From positions 48,863 through 112,862 of IMG/VR virus record IMGVR_UViG_3300033149_004566: a stretch of 64,000 bases of DNA, one strand, 5' to 3'. This DNA comes from a virus. The stretch's first letter is position 1. Each line of letters opens with the position of its first letter. Shown here piece by piece: positions 48,057-57,579 of the stretch. The translations under genes were made by a program, and so were the position numbers. The notes under the pieces are model-generated. The model ran no database searches. It saw nothing but the letters and a program-made list of their open reading frames with translations, and was not told where the DNA came from.

Positions 48057-49641
48057 TGCTGTTTCCTTCTATAATATTGTTTATTATAGAAGATATTGCG
48101 GTCGGAATGTTGCTGCTATCAACATATAACATTTTCTTACCCCACATTTTTTTTAATGTTGCTTGTGAAGACGTGCAACATATCGGTATGAAATGCACTC
48201 CTTCGCGTTTCACGTCGTAGTACATGTACAACGTGTCTGCTATTGCTTCGTTGCCACTGTAGGCACATCCTCCGTGATGCGGTAACCCATCCGATATGAA
48301 CATGATTATCTTTAATTTTTCCGGTCTGTCCAGAATTTTCTCGAGCTCATATCTTATACTGTATCCGTCGGCGTTTTCATAGTCCGCAATCACGGACTTG
48401 TACATCCTGCTCGTTATCGTATTTTCATTATCATCATCAAAATCTCTAAAGACGTGATGATAACATGTGTATCCACTGGAAGATGCCTCGAAGCTTATGG
48501 CGCGTATGTTCGCGCCCAATTCTATTAATATGTTCTCGATGTTTGACGCTATGTCCCGTAATGTGTCTTCGGTAAATCCCTGTACCGAGCCGGAGCCGTC
48601 CATCATTATTGTTGCCGCCATCGATATCCTTTGTTTTTGCGGTAAATAAAATCTTTTCGGTTCATGTATTGACGTCGGTATGCTGAAGTCGTATATTTCG
48701 CCTTCGTAGTCCAATTTTGCCGTCCTTTTTTCCATCAGTGTTTGTTCCAGCAATTTTAATTCTTCGTCTTTTATTTTATGCATCTTTATTTTATTATTTT
48801 TCAGTGAATGAATCTTGATTTCCTTATATTCATACGGTAGATTAATGGGTTGTGGTGTAAATTTTGTCCTTTTTACCATGGTTTTGAATCTTTCTGTTGT
48901 CTTTTTTATCGTTTCTTTGTATTTTTCGATGAATTCGTTCATGTCTTTTTCCAGTTCTTCCAACGACTTATCAGAATTTAGAATATCTTTCATCATTTTA
49001 CAATGTTCTGTATTCTTGCGCTCTTCAGTTTCCAGCTCTGTTGTGGTAGATATAATTCTACTTCTATTTGGCAGCTCGGCTCTGATTCTGGATCTATCCT
49101 TCATCCACATCTTGAGGATTTCTATTGTTGCCCATAATCCTCTGACAGGATTGGGATCTTCTAACAACGTGTCGAATATTTCTCTTATCCGCGGCATGTC
49201 TATGTCGTCAAAATTTCTATGTCTTGCTCTTTCTAGGTCGATTACGAATAATGAGAGGCTTTTCAACGGCTCTACATTATCGCGATATATTTTCAGATAT
49301 TTTCTTGTTCCGGGCAATAACTCTTGAATTATTGTTTGAACTCTGACGTCTTCCACGACGTTAAAAATGTACCTATATGTTTCGTCTATATTCGCCACTA
49401 TTGTGGGATCTGAGAAAATAACAAACGCAGAGGCATAATGACTAAAGCCTCTCACGTATTCTTCGCTTTCAACGTTTTTTTCGTAAGTCAAAATTACTTT
49501 TTTATCCGTGTCCATTGTCACTATTGGAATTATAGATCTATCGATAGTTTCAAATGTTGTTATTTCAACATTTCCCTTTTCGATGCCGGACAACGTGCTG
49601 AGTATCGTTTTGATCATGTTTTCTCTTTCTTGGTTATTCAT
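48031..49641 (-). CDS. vWA/MIDAS-domain protein (CobT/NorD-like partner of MoxR ATPase)
   Basis: MMDGSGSV (DxSxS), ENADGYSI, FISDGLP; N-terminal FNVVEDVRV. Confidence 0.88.
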   Translation of the reverse strand: MNNQERENMIKTILSTLSGIEKGNVEITTFETIDRSIIPIVTMDTDKKVILTYEKNVESEEYVRGFSHYASAFVIFSDPTIVANIDETYRYIFNVVEDVRVQTIIQELLPGTRKYLKIYRDNVEPLKSLSLFVIDLERARHRNFDDIDMPRIREIFDTLLEDPNPVRGLWATIEILKMWMKDRSRIRAELPNRSRIISTTTELETEERKNTEHCKMMKDILNSDKSLEELEKDMNEFIEKYKETIKKTTERFKTMVKRTKFTPQPINLPYEYKEIKIHSLKNNKIKMHKIKDEELKLLEQTLMEKRTAKLDYEGEIYDFSIPTSIHEPKRFYLPQKQRISMAATIMMDGSGSVQGFTEDTLRDIASNIENILIELGANIRAISFEASSSGYTCYHHVFRDFDDDNENTITSRMYKSVIADYENADGYSIRYELEKILDRPEKLKIIMFISDGLPHHGGCAYSGNEAIADTLYMYYDVKREGVHFIPICCTSSQATLKKMWGKKMLYVDSSNIPTAISSIINNIIEGNSIDEMGDYY

Positions 49642-50453
49642 AGTTCCACGTCGTGTGCAATTAATAGCTCTTTTATTGCGTCTCTCTGTTTCTTTTCCAC
49701 CTGATCGACAATAGTTTTATTTATGCTCAGCCCGTGTTCATATGCGAAGAGCATTTTGAACAACAGTCTCATGGTGACATACTTGGATGATTTTCTCATG
49801 TTGTAAAATGCATTGATGATTTTGTTGTTCGGAGTAAGATCTTTAGTCTTGCATATTTCATGTACCACGTTTTTTGGTGGAAAGTCCATGATGTAATTAA
49901 AAAATCTCGAGACCGTTGCTTCGTTTTGTTTAAAGGTTCCTCTAAGCCCCGGATTTTCCGTAGACGCCATCAAAACCTTGCATTCGATTGGAATTTGAAT
50001 TCCCAGGGCACCAACATGATATGATTTTCTAAAATCGGTTAGCTGATTTATTGCAGCTATCACGTTCGGCTCTCCGAGATTTCTTTCATCCAATACGATA
50101 ATTACATCTCCCGGTCTTTCATGATCCATGTTTTTTGCCATCCAATTGCCCATTAGTAGAGCATTGGTTATGAATCCCGGCCTAAAGCTTCCATCCGCCA
50201 GAGGCGATCCTTCAAAATGAAAGTTTCTCGTCTCATTATTGATCGGAATCACCATGATCGGAATTTTCCAATCTTTTGCCAATGACATTAATAGCGTGGT
50301 TTTTCCGATTCCTGGCTCTCCGATCAAGTTTATCGGCATGTTTTCTATTATTTCACTAACTTCTTCTCTATACATGTTGTAATTTATAAATCCCGGAATG
50401 TCCGGGATATAAGAGTTTACAAACTCTTTATTCATTTCTGGTAATTTATTCAA
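49638..50453 (-). CDS. MoxR-family AAA+ ATPase (CbbQ/NorQ/CobS-like)
   Basis: LIGEPGIGKTT, VLDERN, STENPG.RGT..NEATVSRF. Confidence 0.9.
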   Translation of the reverse strand: MNKLPEMNKEFVNSYIPDIPGFINYNMYREEVSEIIENMPINLIGEPGIGKTTLLMSLAKDWKIPIMVIPINNETRNFHFEGSPLADGSFRPGFITNALLMGNWMAKNMDHERPGDVIIVLDERNLGEPNVIAAINQLTDFRKSYHVGALGIQIPIECKVLMASTENPGLRGTFKQNEATVSRFFNYIMDFPPKNVVHEICKTKDLTPNNKIINAFYNMRKSSKYVTMRLLFKMLFAYEHGLSINKTIVDQVEKKQRDAIKELLIAHDVEL

Positions 50454-51540
50454 TCTGTCTTACCACCAAACTTCTCATTGAATAATATATTGTTGTATAT
50501 TTTTTATATTTTATCATGCCGGCAATTATATTTGCGCCAAAATCTGCCGTTGTCGGCAGTATTACCGGTGTTGTTATGTTGGTACTCACGGGTCGTACCA
50601 ACCTTCCGTCAATCATTTTACAATTTATCCTTTCTTTAAGGGTTTTTGTAGCACCATGCTTGACGGGAATGATGACGCCGTCAAATCCATCCGGTGAGAT
50701 GGTTATGTCAAAGAGGGGCTTTTTATAATATTCGGCAATTTCATCGATATAAAACTTTAGTTCTATATCGTTAACCGTATTTATAATAAAATCTACATCT
50801 TTCATAAGACTTTCATTGAAATCTATCTCATATACATTTTTATCTATAAATCTTCTTCTATACTGTCTCGCTGCGCTGCTTTTCCTTGACATTAGATCGT
50901 CGTATGCAAATCCAGCTGCTATATTTTTATCATTGATATATCCGTCATCTATGATTATTACATGGTCATGATAATTTTGAACGTAAAATCCCACTGAGCC
51001 CAAGCCAATTAACAATATATTGTACGGATTGAAAAAAATCTTTTGTTTTTTATATGGCAACATACATTTTACATGCCTAAGCGTTTTTCCAATACAATGA
51101 TTTAATACTTCTTGCGATACTACCGTTTTCATGGCACACGCATATGAAGCGAATAAATAATATGGGATTATAACTGGAGGACGCGTGGGATTGTACGCGA
51201 AAACGTTAAATCCAGACAAGCTATCAACATCAAATAATGACACTACTTTTCTACACGCTCCACGTGAGTCAAGTACATATACTGTATTTATTATATCGGC
51301 AATTTTATTGCAATTCATGACACATGTCTTGTGGTCATTTTTTTTAATAATTCTATGTTTTATAAGACTTTCCACAGTTGAATAACAAGCGTTATATACC
51401 AATGATGGAAATCCAAGAGTGTGCATATTTTCAAAATCACCATAAGTTCGGTATCCCTTATATCTAATAATTACTTGCTTATTTGCAAGCTTGGATACAT
51501 CATACGCGTTATTTAATATCCTATGATAATCAATATTCAT
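50446..51540 (-). CDS. ThiF/E1-like protein with two ThiF-like halves, probably catalytically impaired (system 2)
   Basis: IGLGSVG present, but NLNR replaced by NIAAG and VDN by VND; N-terminal YHRIL..YDVSKLANKQVII. Confidence 0.75.
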   Translation of the reverse strand: MNIDYHRILNNAYDVSKLANKQVIIRYKGYRTYGDFENMHTLGFPSLVYNACYSTVESLIKHRIIKKNDHKTCVMNCNKIADIINTVYVLDSRGACRKVVSLFDVDSLSGFNVFAYNPTRPPVIIPYYLFASYACAMKTVVSQEVLNHCIGKTLRHVKCMLPYKKQKIFFNPYNILLIGLGSVGFYVQNYHDHVIIIDDGYINDKNIAAGFAYDDLMSRKSSAARQYRRRFIDKNVYEIDFNESLMKDVDFIINTVNDIELKFYIDEIAEYYKKPLFDITISPDGFDGVIIPVKHGATKTLKERINCKMIDGRLVRPVSTNITTPVILPTTADFGANIIAGMIKYKKYTTIYYSMRSLVVRQIE

Positions 51541-52684
51541 CCATATCCACCGAAAATGCTGAAAAATCTCTGAGAGAGAACTTTATACATGATTTTCTTT
51601 CGTTACCACAAGAAAGTAGTTGCGATAACATCAGCTCCGCTACTAACGAATGCGTGGTGCACAGGCTACTGGAACAACTGTAATCGCTCACATTCTTATT
51701 TTCAAAAAAGTCACCTATGTAAGTCATTTTTAACATCTCTTTTAATGTCGGCGTAGTCCCCGGAACGACATGTCTTATAGAACCACCAAATCCGTCAAAC
51801 GAACTTCCCCCGTCTATCAGCGGGATATTATATTGTTGCGAAATTTCATCCATGTATATTCTTGCCTCCTTGTTGTCAACCGCTAAAACGATATATGAAA
51901 TGCTTTTCATGAAATCGCTGTTAAAATTATAGTCAAAAATGTTCATGACCATTGGTATTATTCCGATGTCATTCTTCTCGGTCACGGCTATCGATTTATA
52001 CTTGCCGATGTCTTCAATGTTGAACGATCTGTTTAGATTGACCTCATTGACTATATCGTCGTCAAATACGTACATTCTATCGCGGGAATTATATGTCCTG
52101 CACGTCTTGACGAAATTGGATCCTATTCCACCGGCCCCAATCAACATTATATTTCCCGGATATTTCAATTTTACGGGTTTGCCGTGAAATAGTACTTTTT
52201 TGGTTGGTATGCCTATGACGTAATTTAATATTGTTTGCGTTAACAATATCTCTTCAATATTACCAATTTTGCAGGGCGGAAAACTTATCGTGCTGGTATC
52301 ATCGCCGATTTCTTCATCGGTGTTTATTTCCACCCCATAATACGTGTTTCCATTAGCCACGATAGTATTGAATCTCACAACTGCGGCACTTTTTTCATTT
52401 TTCAATATTTCTACAAAACATCCTCTTTCCGTCTTTTGATCGGGATTGACGTTTATTTTCCACCTGTAATCCGACGTCCGAATTATTCTTTTAGCAAGTC
52501 TCCGCACGCACCCTGGCTTGTACGAATAACCTGGATCGGTAAAAAATTCGCGAAATCCCAGCCTTATTAACAATTCGTACATGTCTATGTTCGCGTCGAA
52601 TCCGAAGCGCAACGTTACGTTGAACAACTTGGACAGGTCATATGTTCCTATGAGTCTCGAAAAACACAGCGGTATGTCATTCAT
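51530..52684 (-). CDS. ThiF/E1-like Ubl-activating enzyme with degenerate N-terminal ThiF half (system 2)
   Basis: IGAGGIGS, FDDDIVNEVNLNRSF, DIGKYKS, AVDNKEAR, IPLIDGG, YSCSSSLC. Confidence 0.9.
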   Translation of the reverse strand: MNDIPLCFSRLIGTYDLSKLFNVTLRFGFDANIDMYELLIRLGFREFFTDPGYSYKPGCVRRLAKRIIRTSDYRWKINVNPDQKTERGCFVEILKNEKSAAVVRFNTIVANGNTYYGVEINTDEEIGDDTSTISFPPCKIGNIEEILLTQTILNYVIGIPTKKVLFHGKPVKLKYPGNIMLIGAGGIGSNFVKTCRTYNSRDRMYVFDDDIVNEVNLNRSFNIEDIGKYKSIAVTEKNDIGIIPMVMNIFDYNFNSDFMKSISYIVLAVDNKEARIYMDEISQQYNIPLIDGGSSFDGFGGSIRHVVPGTTPTLKEMLKMTYIGDFFENKNVSDYSCSSSLCTTHSLVAELMLSQLLSCGNERKSCIKFSLRDFSAFSVDMDEY

Positions 52685-53456
52685 ACGCTTTTATCACGTC
52701 CTTTATTATTTCATCGTACATTTTTGACATCATCATTATGTCTTCTTCTTTCATGAATCGGTTTATCTTCTTGATTATTTTTATTTTTTCGTCATATTTT
52801 TCAGTCACCGGCGGCGTCCCGAAATATATGTAAGGTATTCCGCGCACGACCGTCTCTTTACTCTTTCCGATCTTCTTGTTTTTCACGGAATTCATCGTGA
52901 AATATGATGAAGACAACATGGATATTTTTTCGCTGAAATATGTTTGCATTTGCGGACGATTTGCGCCGCCGTTAATCATAAAAAATGGAAACGGATAATT
53001 CTTCCTGTCAAATTTCGGAAGGCTCCTGTCGTCTGTCGTTATAGTTTCCACGGAGTACGCCTCGTCGTTTATTATTTCATAGATATTCAACTCGTTGTTG
53101 TTATATATCATGAATATGGGCGTCGTCGCAGTTAAAGATTCCCATCTTATGAAATTTTTCATATCGGATTTTGACGGCACTGTTTCGCTCGCATGTGAAT
53201 GAGCGTGTCCAACAACATGCAATCCTATCGGTAATCCCAATTCTATATCGTGTCTCCGTTTTGATGACGATATGACGTGATCTACGTCATTTTCAATGTA
53301 TTTCATCTGTACGACGTCATATATTCTTATCGTGTTATTAAAATCCGTTCCTATGAGATAGAATGCGATCTCTTTTCTCGCCAATTTCGATAGAAATCGC
53401 ATTTTTTTCACGATGTAATCCGGAATGATCACTTTTTCGATTGCCAAAAAGAACAT
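52677..53456 (-). CDS. JAB/MPN metalloprotease (system 2)
   Basis: KEIAFYLIG..VVGHAHSHASETVPSKSD. Confidence 0.9.
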   Translation of the reverse strand: MFFLAIEKVIIPDYIVKKMRFLSKLARKEIAFYLIGTDFNNTIRIYDVVQMKYIENDVDHVISSSKRRHDIELGLPIGLHVVGHAHSHASETVPSKSDMKNFIRWESLTATTPIFMIYNNNELNIYEIINDEAYSVETITTDDRSLPKFDRKNYPFPFFMINGGANRPQMQTYFSEKISMLSSSYFTMNSVKNKKIGKSKETVVRGIPYIYFGTPPVTEKYDEKIKIIKKINRFMKEEDIMMMSKMYDEIIKDVIKAYE

Positions 53457-53902
53457 CTCCCTTCTGCAGATAATCCGTCTTTCTTACAGATATGATATAT
53501 TTTTCCAGTGACATCGCTGACACTCGTGACGTGCCTGCAGTTCTTACAGGAAGAGTCCGTGAACACCACTTTGAATTTTTTTATGGCTTCATCGAGAGCG
53601 TCCATCAGGATTTCATCGACGCTCCCGAGAAGATCGGGAGTCAAGATTTTAAAGGAAGAGTTTTCATTTTGAGTTATTTCTCCCACCGTTTTCTTGTCCC
53701 ACTCGTCATCTATGATGTTGTTTTCATTGTCTACTAATTGTACTGTATCTGGTATGGGATAATTTCCCCTAAAAGATGTCAATGCATCGACAATGGCATC
53801 TATCATTGGCGAATTATTGTCCGCCACGATCGTTACACCTTTCCTCGCTCCGACGAGCGAGAATTTTATTTTGACTTTATCTCCTAATTTTAACACCTCC
53901 AA
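53429..53902 (-). CDS. UFM1-like ubiquitin-like protein fused to a C-terminal Cys4 domain
   Basis: KVKIKFSL..KTVGEI..NSSFKILTPDLLG|S parallels UFM1 KVSFKITL..QTAGNV..GSELRIIPRDRVG|S; then CKNC..C..C. Confidence 0.72.
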   Translation of the reverse strand: MEVLKLGDKVKIKFSLVGARKGVTIVADNNSPMIDAIVDALTSFRGNYPIPDTVQLVDNENNIIDDEWDKKTVGEITQNENSSFKILTPDLLGSVDEILMDALDEAIKKFKVVFTDSSCKNCRHVTSVSDVTGKIYHICKKDGLSAEGRCSFWQSKK

Positions 53903-54329
53903 TAATAAGGCCGTAAACCATGATCATGGACACGACCCACGCAATGCCGTGCTCTTTCGGCTTGAACTTGGGAAGTTTTACATTTCCCTTAAAACATAAT
54001 CTTTCGCTGCTCCTATACATGTTGAAAGATAAGTTTTTTTTACCGTATTCCACGGCACTCCACACGTACTCCAACATGTTCACGCGCGGGTAGTCCGGCG
54101 TCAACATTATTGGAACGAGCATGTTGTTTCCATTACGATAAAAGTGCACCTTTACCCAATATACCGGAAATTTGGGATAATTATCCCAATAAACCTTCTT
54201 TAAGAATAACTTTTTATCGAAGGTTCTCGGTATTTTTTGTAGGTTTTCTTCCTCTTCACGCTTGCGTAGCTCCCATTCATCATCAAATGGACTGCACATT
54301 ATCTTATGTTTCTTGAGATACTGGAACAC
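53877..54329 (-). CDS. UFC1-like E2 conjugating enzyme
   Basis: SPFDDEWELRKREE..L, LTPDYP, NMYRSSERLCF, PKEHGIAW parallel UFC1 GPRD..W..RLKEE..L, IPITYP, KMYRGGKICL, PKFGLAH. Confidence 0.75.
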   Translation of the reverse strand: MFQYLKKHKIMCSPFDDEWELRKREEEENLQKIPRTFDKKLFLKKVYWDNYPKFPVYWVKVHFYRNGNNMLVPIMLTPDYPRVNMLEYVWSAVEYGKKNLSFNMYRSSERLCFKGNVKLPKFKPKEHGIAWVVSMIMVYGLIIGGVKIRR

Positions 54330-54461
54330 CTTTTTTGACTCTCTTTTCTTTTTTTAATATGTTTAATATTGTTGGGTATTCATATTCAATGATGCTTCTT
54401 CTCCGCAATGACGATGCTTTCATTAGCTCTTTTTGATACAATATTTTCAGCTTTCTCAGAT

Positions 54462-54683
54462 TCAAGTCCTATCCGGCCTCTGATTTATTGAAAATTCATC
54501 AATGATGTCATCGCAGATGTTTCTCCACAACGACATCTCCTCGTAAAACATTGATATTGATTGTGTCAATATCGTTCCAATAAAATCGAACAGTCGTTCG
54601 ACTTGCGCCGTGTCGTATTTTTTATCGATGAGGAGTATTTCATTAAACAATATCATCAGTGCTTCCTTTCTCAAGGAATTCAT
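54462..54683 (-). CDS. Hypothetical protein
   Basis: Coupled small ORF. Confidence 0.55.
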   Translation of the reverse strand: MNSLRKEALMILFNEILLIDKKYDTAQVERLFDFIGTILTQSISMFYEEMSLWRNICDDIIDEFSINQRPDRT

Positions 54684-54843
54684 TTTTATACTCCTCCAGT
54701 ACAGTTATCATGTACCATATGGGAAAATTCGTGAGGTCTATGCCGAGAAATTTGCTTCTCGCGTTGATCTCGTCATCATTGCCCCTGCATTCCTGTTGGA
54801 GAAATGCATACAACTTTGAAATTTTTACATCAGACATCATCAT
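54643..54843 (-). CDS. Hypothetical protein
   Basis: Coupled small ORF. Confidence 0.5.
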   Translation of the reverse strand: MMMSDVKISKLYAFLQQECRGNDDEINARSKFLGIDLTNFPIWYMITVLEEYKNEFLEKGSTDDIV

Positions 54844-55367
54844 CGTTTCACGTAAAGCGGCGGTTGTGTCTTTTCACCGGACGCAATGACCGCGTCTTTA
54901 AGACCGATAAGATGTAATGGAATGTTTTTATTGAACGATCCAGTCCACATTACATTGTACTTGACGCGTATTAATCCTTCGTCAAAATTTCTCCTGGCGG
55001 AAAACTTCTCTATAGAAATTGTTCTATCATTGAAATTTCTCACAACTCTCATAAAAGAGTTGAGTACCCAAAATCTGGCTGTTATTGTGCCATTTTTATC
55101 AATTGCATACGGCTTCAGTCTTTTGCCAGTCGTGCTGCATACGACTATTTTTGTTTTGTCATGTACCGCTTCGTATGCTTCGATGTATATCTTGAAATCT
55201 CCACCGATACCTCTCGGTATTATGAAAAATTGCTCTCCTGGTTTCGTTTTTTTCTTAAACGTTTCCTTTAATATTAATCCTACCTTCCCAGAGCTGAGGA
55301 TCTTTATGTTGTCGTATTCGGAAACGTACTTTAACTTGTTAGTCACGAGCTCTACTCTTGGACTCAT
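54840..55367 (-). CDS. Hypothetical protein
   Basis: Coupled ORF. Confidence 0.65.
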   Translation of the reverse strand: MSPRVELVTNKLKYVSEYDNIKILSSGKVGLILKETFKKKTKPGEQFFIIPRGIGGDFKIYIEAYEAVHDKTKIVVCSTTGKRLKPYAIDKNGTITARFWVLNSFMRVVRNFNDRTISIEKFSARRNFDEGLIRVKYNVMWTGSFNKNIPLHLIGLKDAVIASGEKTQPPLYVKR

Positions 55368-55612
55368 GTATATAACCTCGAGTTGCTCTTGACTTTTTCA
55401 TCTTTTTTGCCTTTTATTTTTATGTATTCTTCGAGCATTTGCTTCAATGCACCTATTGATGAGAATATAAGTATGAGCTTCTCATCGAACTCGCTTATCT
55501 TGCAATTTTCATCGGTACATTTATTTTTTTCATGCTCTATCATTTTTACCAACACTTCACTCACTTCTTTATGAGTGTAAATGACTGTTTTTAACAATTC
55601 ATCAATGTCCAT
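55364..55612 (-). CDS. Hypothetical protein
   Basis: Coupled ORF. Confidence 0.6.
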   Translation of the reverse strand: MDIDELLKTVIYTHKEVSEVLVKMIEHEKNKCTDENCKISEFDEKLILIFSSIGALKQMLEEYIKIKGKKDEKVKSNSRLYT

Positions 55613-55838
55613 TTTTTCTACCCCCGGAAAGCCACTTTAAATCGACCTTTCCAGTTATATCTGATTTTTTAAGCCATGAGGTCTGTTCCTCTAGCTTATA
55701 AATAAATAGTTTTACTTTGTCCAAGTCTTGTAATATCTTTACAATAGTATCATCGAAAGATAGGACTTGTACCTTGTGCTCGTTATCTTCTGATAACAAT
55801 AACACCTCTTTTATTACATTGTTAATCTTCTTTTCCAT
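55602..55838 (-). CDS. Hypothetical protein
   Basis: Coupled ORF. Confidence 0.6.
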   Translation of the reverse strand: MEKKINNVIKEVLLLSEDNEHKVQVLSFDDTIVKILQDLDKVKLFIYKLEEQTSWLKKSDITGKVDLKWLSGGRKNGH

Positions 55839-56095
55839 CTATCTATCATCCCTCTCATTCTAGTTTCTCCATAATTGATTATGTAGTGCACGAAATCCGG
55901 CATATTCAAAATTATGAAATGGCCATTTTCATAAGTAATCTTTATGCCGTATATCTCGTCTTGCAATATTTTTGCAATCGGAGATAACATTCCGTGTATG
56001 CTAAATTTACACAACGTTGCGTCGCCGTTTATTGTGACGACACACAACATGTTTTTTTGCGCGAGATCCAATATTTTTTCAAGCGTTTTGGTCAT
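55814..56095 (-). CDS. Hypothetical protein
   Basis: Coupled ORF. Confidence 0.6.
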   Translation of the reverse strand: MTKTLEKILDLAQKNMLCVVTINGDATLCKFSIHGMLSPIAKILQDEIYGIKITYENGHFIILNMPDFVHYIINYGETRMRGMIDRWKRRLTM

Positions 56096-56534
56096 ATATA
56101 TCTTTGTCCAACTCCTCGAGTGTTTCTATAAATGATTTTCCGAATGCTATTGGATTGTTTGTGAAAAAATATTCAATAGCATCCTCTAACGTGTCAAATG
56201 TCCTCTCGTCCTCTTCTGTGGTTGTTATCACAGATATTTTTTCCAGCTTGTTGCAACAATCTTTTGGTATTCTACCGACCATGTTTCTAATTCTACTCGG
56301 AATTGCCGTATTCTTCTCCAATTTTATATCATCATACGGCAACACCATTTTTATCGGCGTTCCGTAACCCCAATAATCTCCGTTAGCATAGAGCATCGGA
56401 TTTTCCTTCATGTCGTCTTTTGAAACGCTGTTGAACAACACTCCCATTATTTTTTCTTCTGGCGAATGGTATATTAATTCATTGGGATATCTATTCCATT
56501 TATTTTTTCGCACGTTCGGTATTTTTTTCTTCAT
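56079..56534 (-). CDS. Hypothetical protein
   Basis: Coupled ORF. Confidence 0.65.
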   Translation of the reverse strand: MKKKIPNVRKNKWNRYPNELIYHSPEEKIMGVLFNSVSKDDMKENPMLYANGDYWGYGTPIKMVLPYDDIKLEKNTAIPSRIRNMVGRIPKDCCNKLEKISVITTTEEDERTFDTLEDAIEYFFTNNPIAFGKSFIETLEELDKDIYDQNA

Positions 56535-57057
56535 TAATCATTTTCTCCATTTCTATCAATTTTTTTGCCTGCAAGTCTATTGTTCTCCGCAGGTCTTTTA
56601 TCACCGCGTCTTTTTCCTTTACTGATGCCTTTACGGCATCTTTAATCTCTTTTCGCGCGAGCTTTTCTATTGATTTAATTTTTTTATCGTAATATTCGTT
56701 GGATCTTCGCGCGAAGTCATCGATCTTTTTTTCGCACTCATTTATTACCTCGTTAAGGTAATTTAATGCATTGTCCCTTTCTTTTAATGATTCATTTATT
56801 AATTTAAGAGCATCATCTTTGGATTTTTCAATTGACTGAATGGAAAACCTCAACAACGACTTTATGAGAGTGTTCATCAGGAACACGATATCGTCCAGAC
56901 TTTCCTCCAGCTCAATTGCCCATCCGTACCATTCATCCTTATCGAACGTTATCTTTTCAAATGGAACGAATGAAAATCTCGCGAGCGAATACAGACCCTG
57001 TATTGCATCTCCGAGAGAGACGATGATGTCTTTTATCCTATTTTTTTCTTCATCCAA
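56500..57057 (-). CDS. Coiled-coil protein
   Basis: Heptad-rich; GGAGG upstream. Confidence 0.65.
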   Translation of the reverse strand: MDEEKNRIKDIIVSLGDAIQGLYSLARFSFVPFEKITFDKDEWYGWAIELEESLDDIVFLMNTLIKSLLRFSIQSIEKSKDDALKLINESLKERDNALNYLNEVINECEKKIDDFARRSNEYYDKKIKSIEKLARKEIKDAVKASVKEKDAVIKDLRRTIDLQAKKLIEMEKMINEEKNTERAKK

Positions 57058-57069
57058 TTAACATGCCTC

Positions 57070-57579
57070 CTAAAAAACAATTGCGCTTGGCTTGCTTTTA
57101 TTATAACAATTAATACACATGCGTTGTATCATAACAATTCCAAATGGATTTATCGTGACTATGAATATTTTTGCCCTCATGTTGCAACAAATACCATCTC
57201 GCGTTTCGCTGCACTGAAAAATCGTGGAATTTGATTTATAATATACACGCGCACTGTATCCTTTGCTGACACTCACGTCTTTTATTTTTTTAAACTCAGA
57301 ATTCATTTCGTCAAATGCTTCATTTTGTAAAAATTCCCTAGCAAGTTCATCGGTAAATATTATAATTGCTACCAAGCAATTATAACACGTCCTTTTTATT
57401 TCTTCGCTTTTTAAGTTTACAATTACATACTCGACATGGTGTTGTTTGCAGATGTCACAGGTCTCAAAATTTTCTACAATCCTCGAAAAATGCTTGTAAA
57501 TGGCCATTGTTTTGTCGGAATACAATAGGTTATATTCCTTCGGTTTCATCATATATACACGACCTAAAGTGCCTGTCAT
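57070..57579 (-). CDS. Double zinc-finger family B protein
   Basis: TCDIC..TCYNC..CCNMRAKI..MCINC. Confidence 0.78.
   Translation of the reverse strand: MTGTLGRVYMMKPKEYNLLYSDKTMAIYKHFSRIVENFETCDICKQHHVEYVIVNLKSEEIKRTCYNCLVAIIIFTDELAREFLQNEAFDEMNSEFKKIKDVSVSKGYSARVYYKSNSTIFQCSETRDGICCNMRAKIFIVTINPFGIVMIQRMCINCYNKSKPSAIVF

Noticed and set aside
43309-52684. ThiF/MoeB genes for thiamine or molybdopterin synthesis
   Set aside because: No ThiS/MoaD with terminal GG, ThiG, MoaE or rhodanese; neighbours are E2-like and JAB genes
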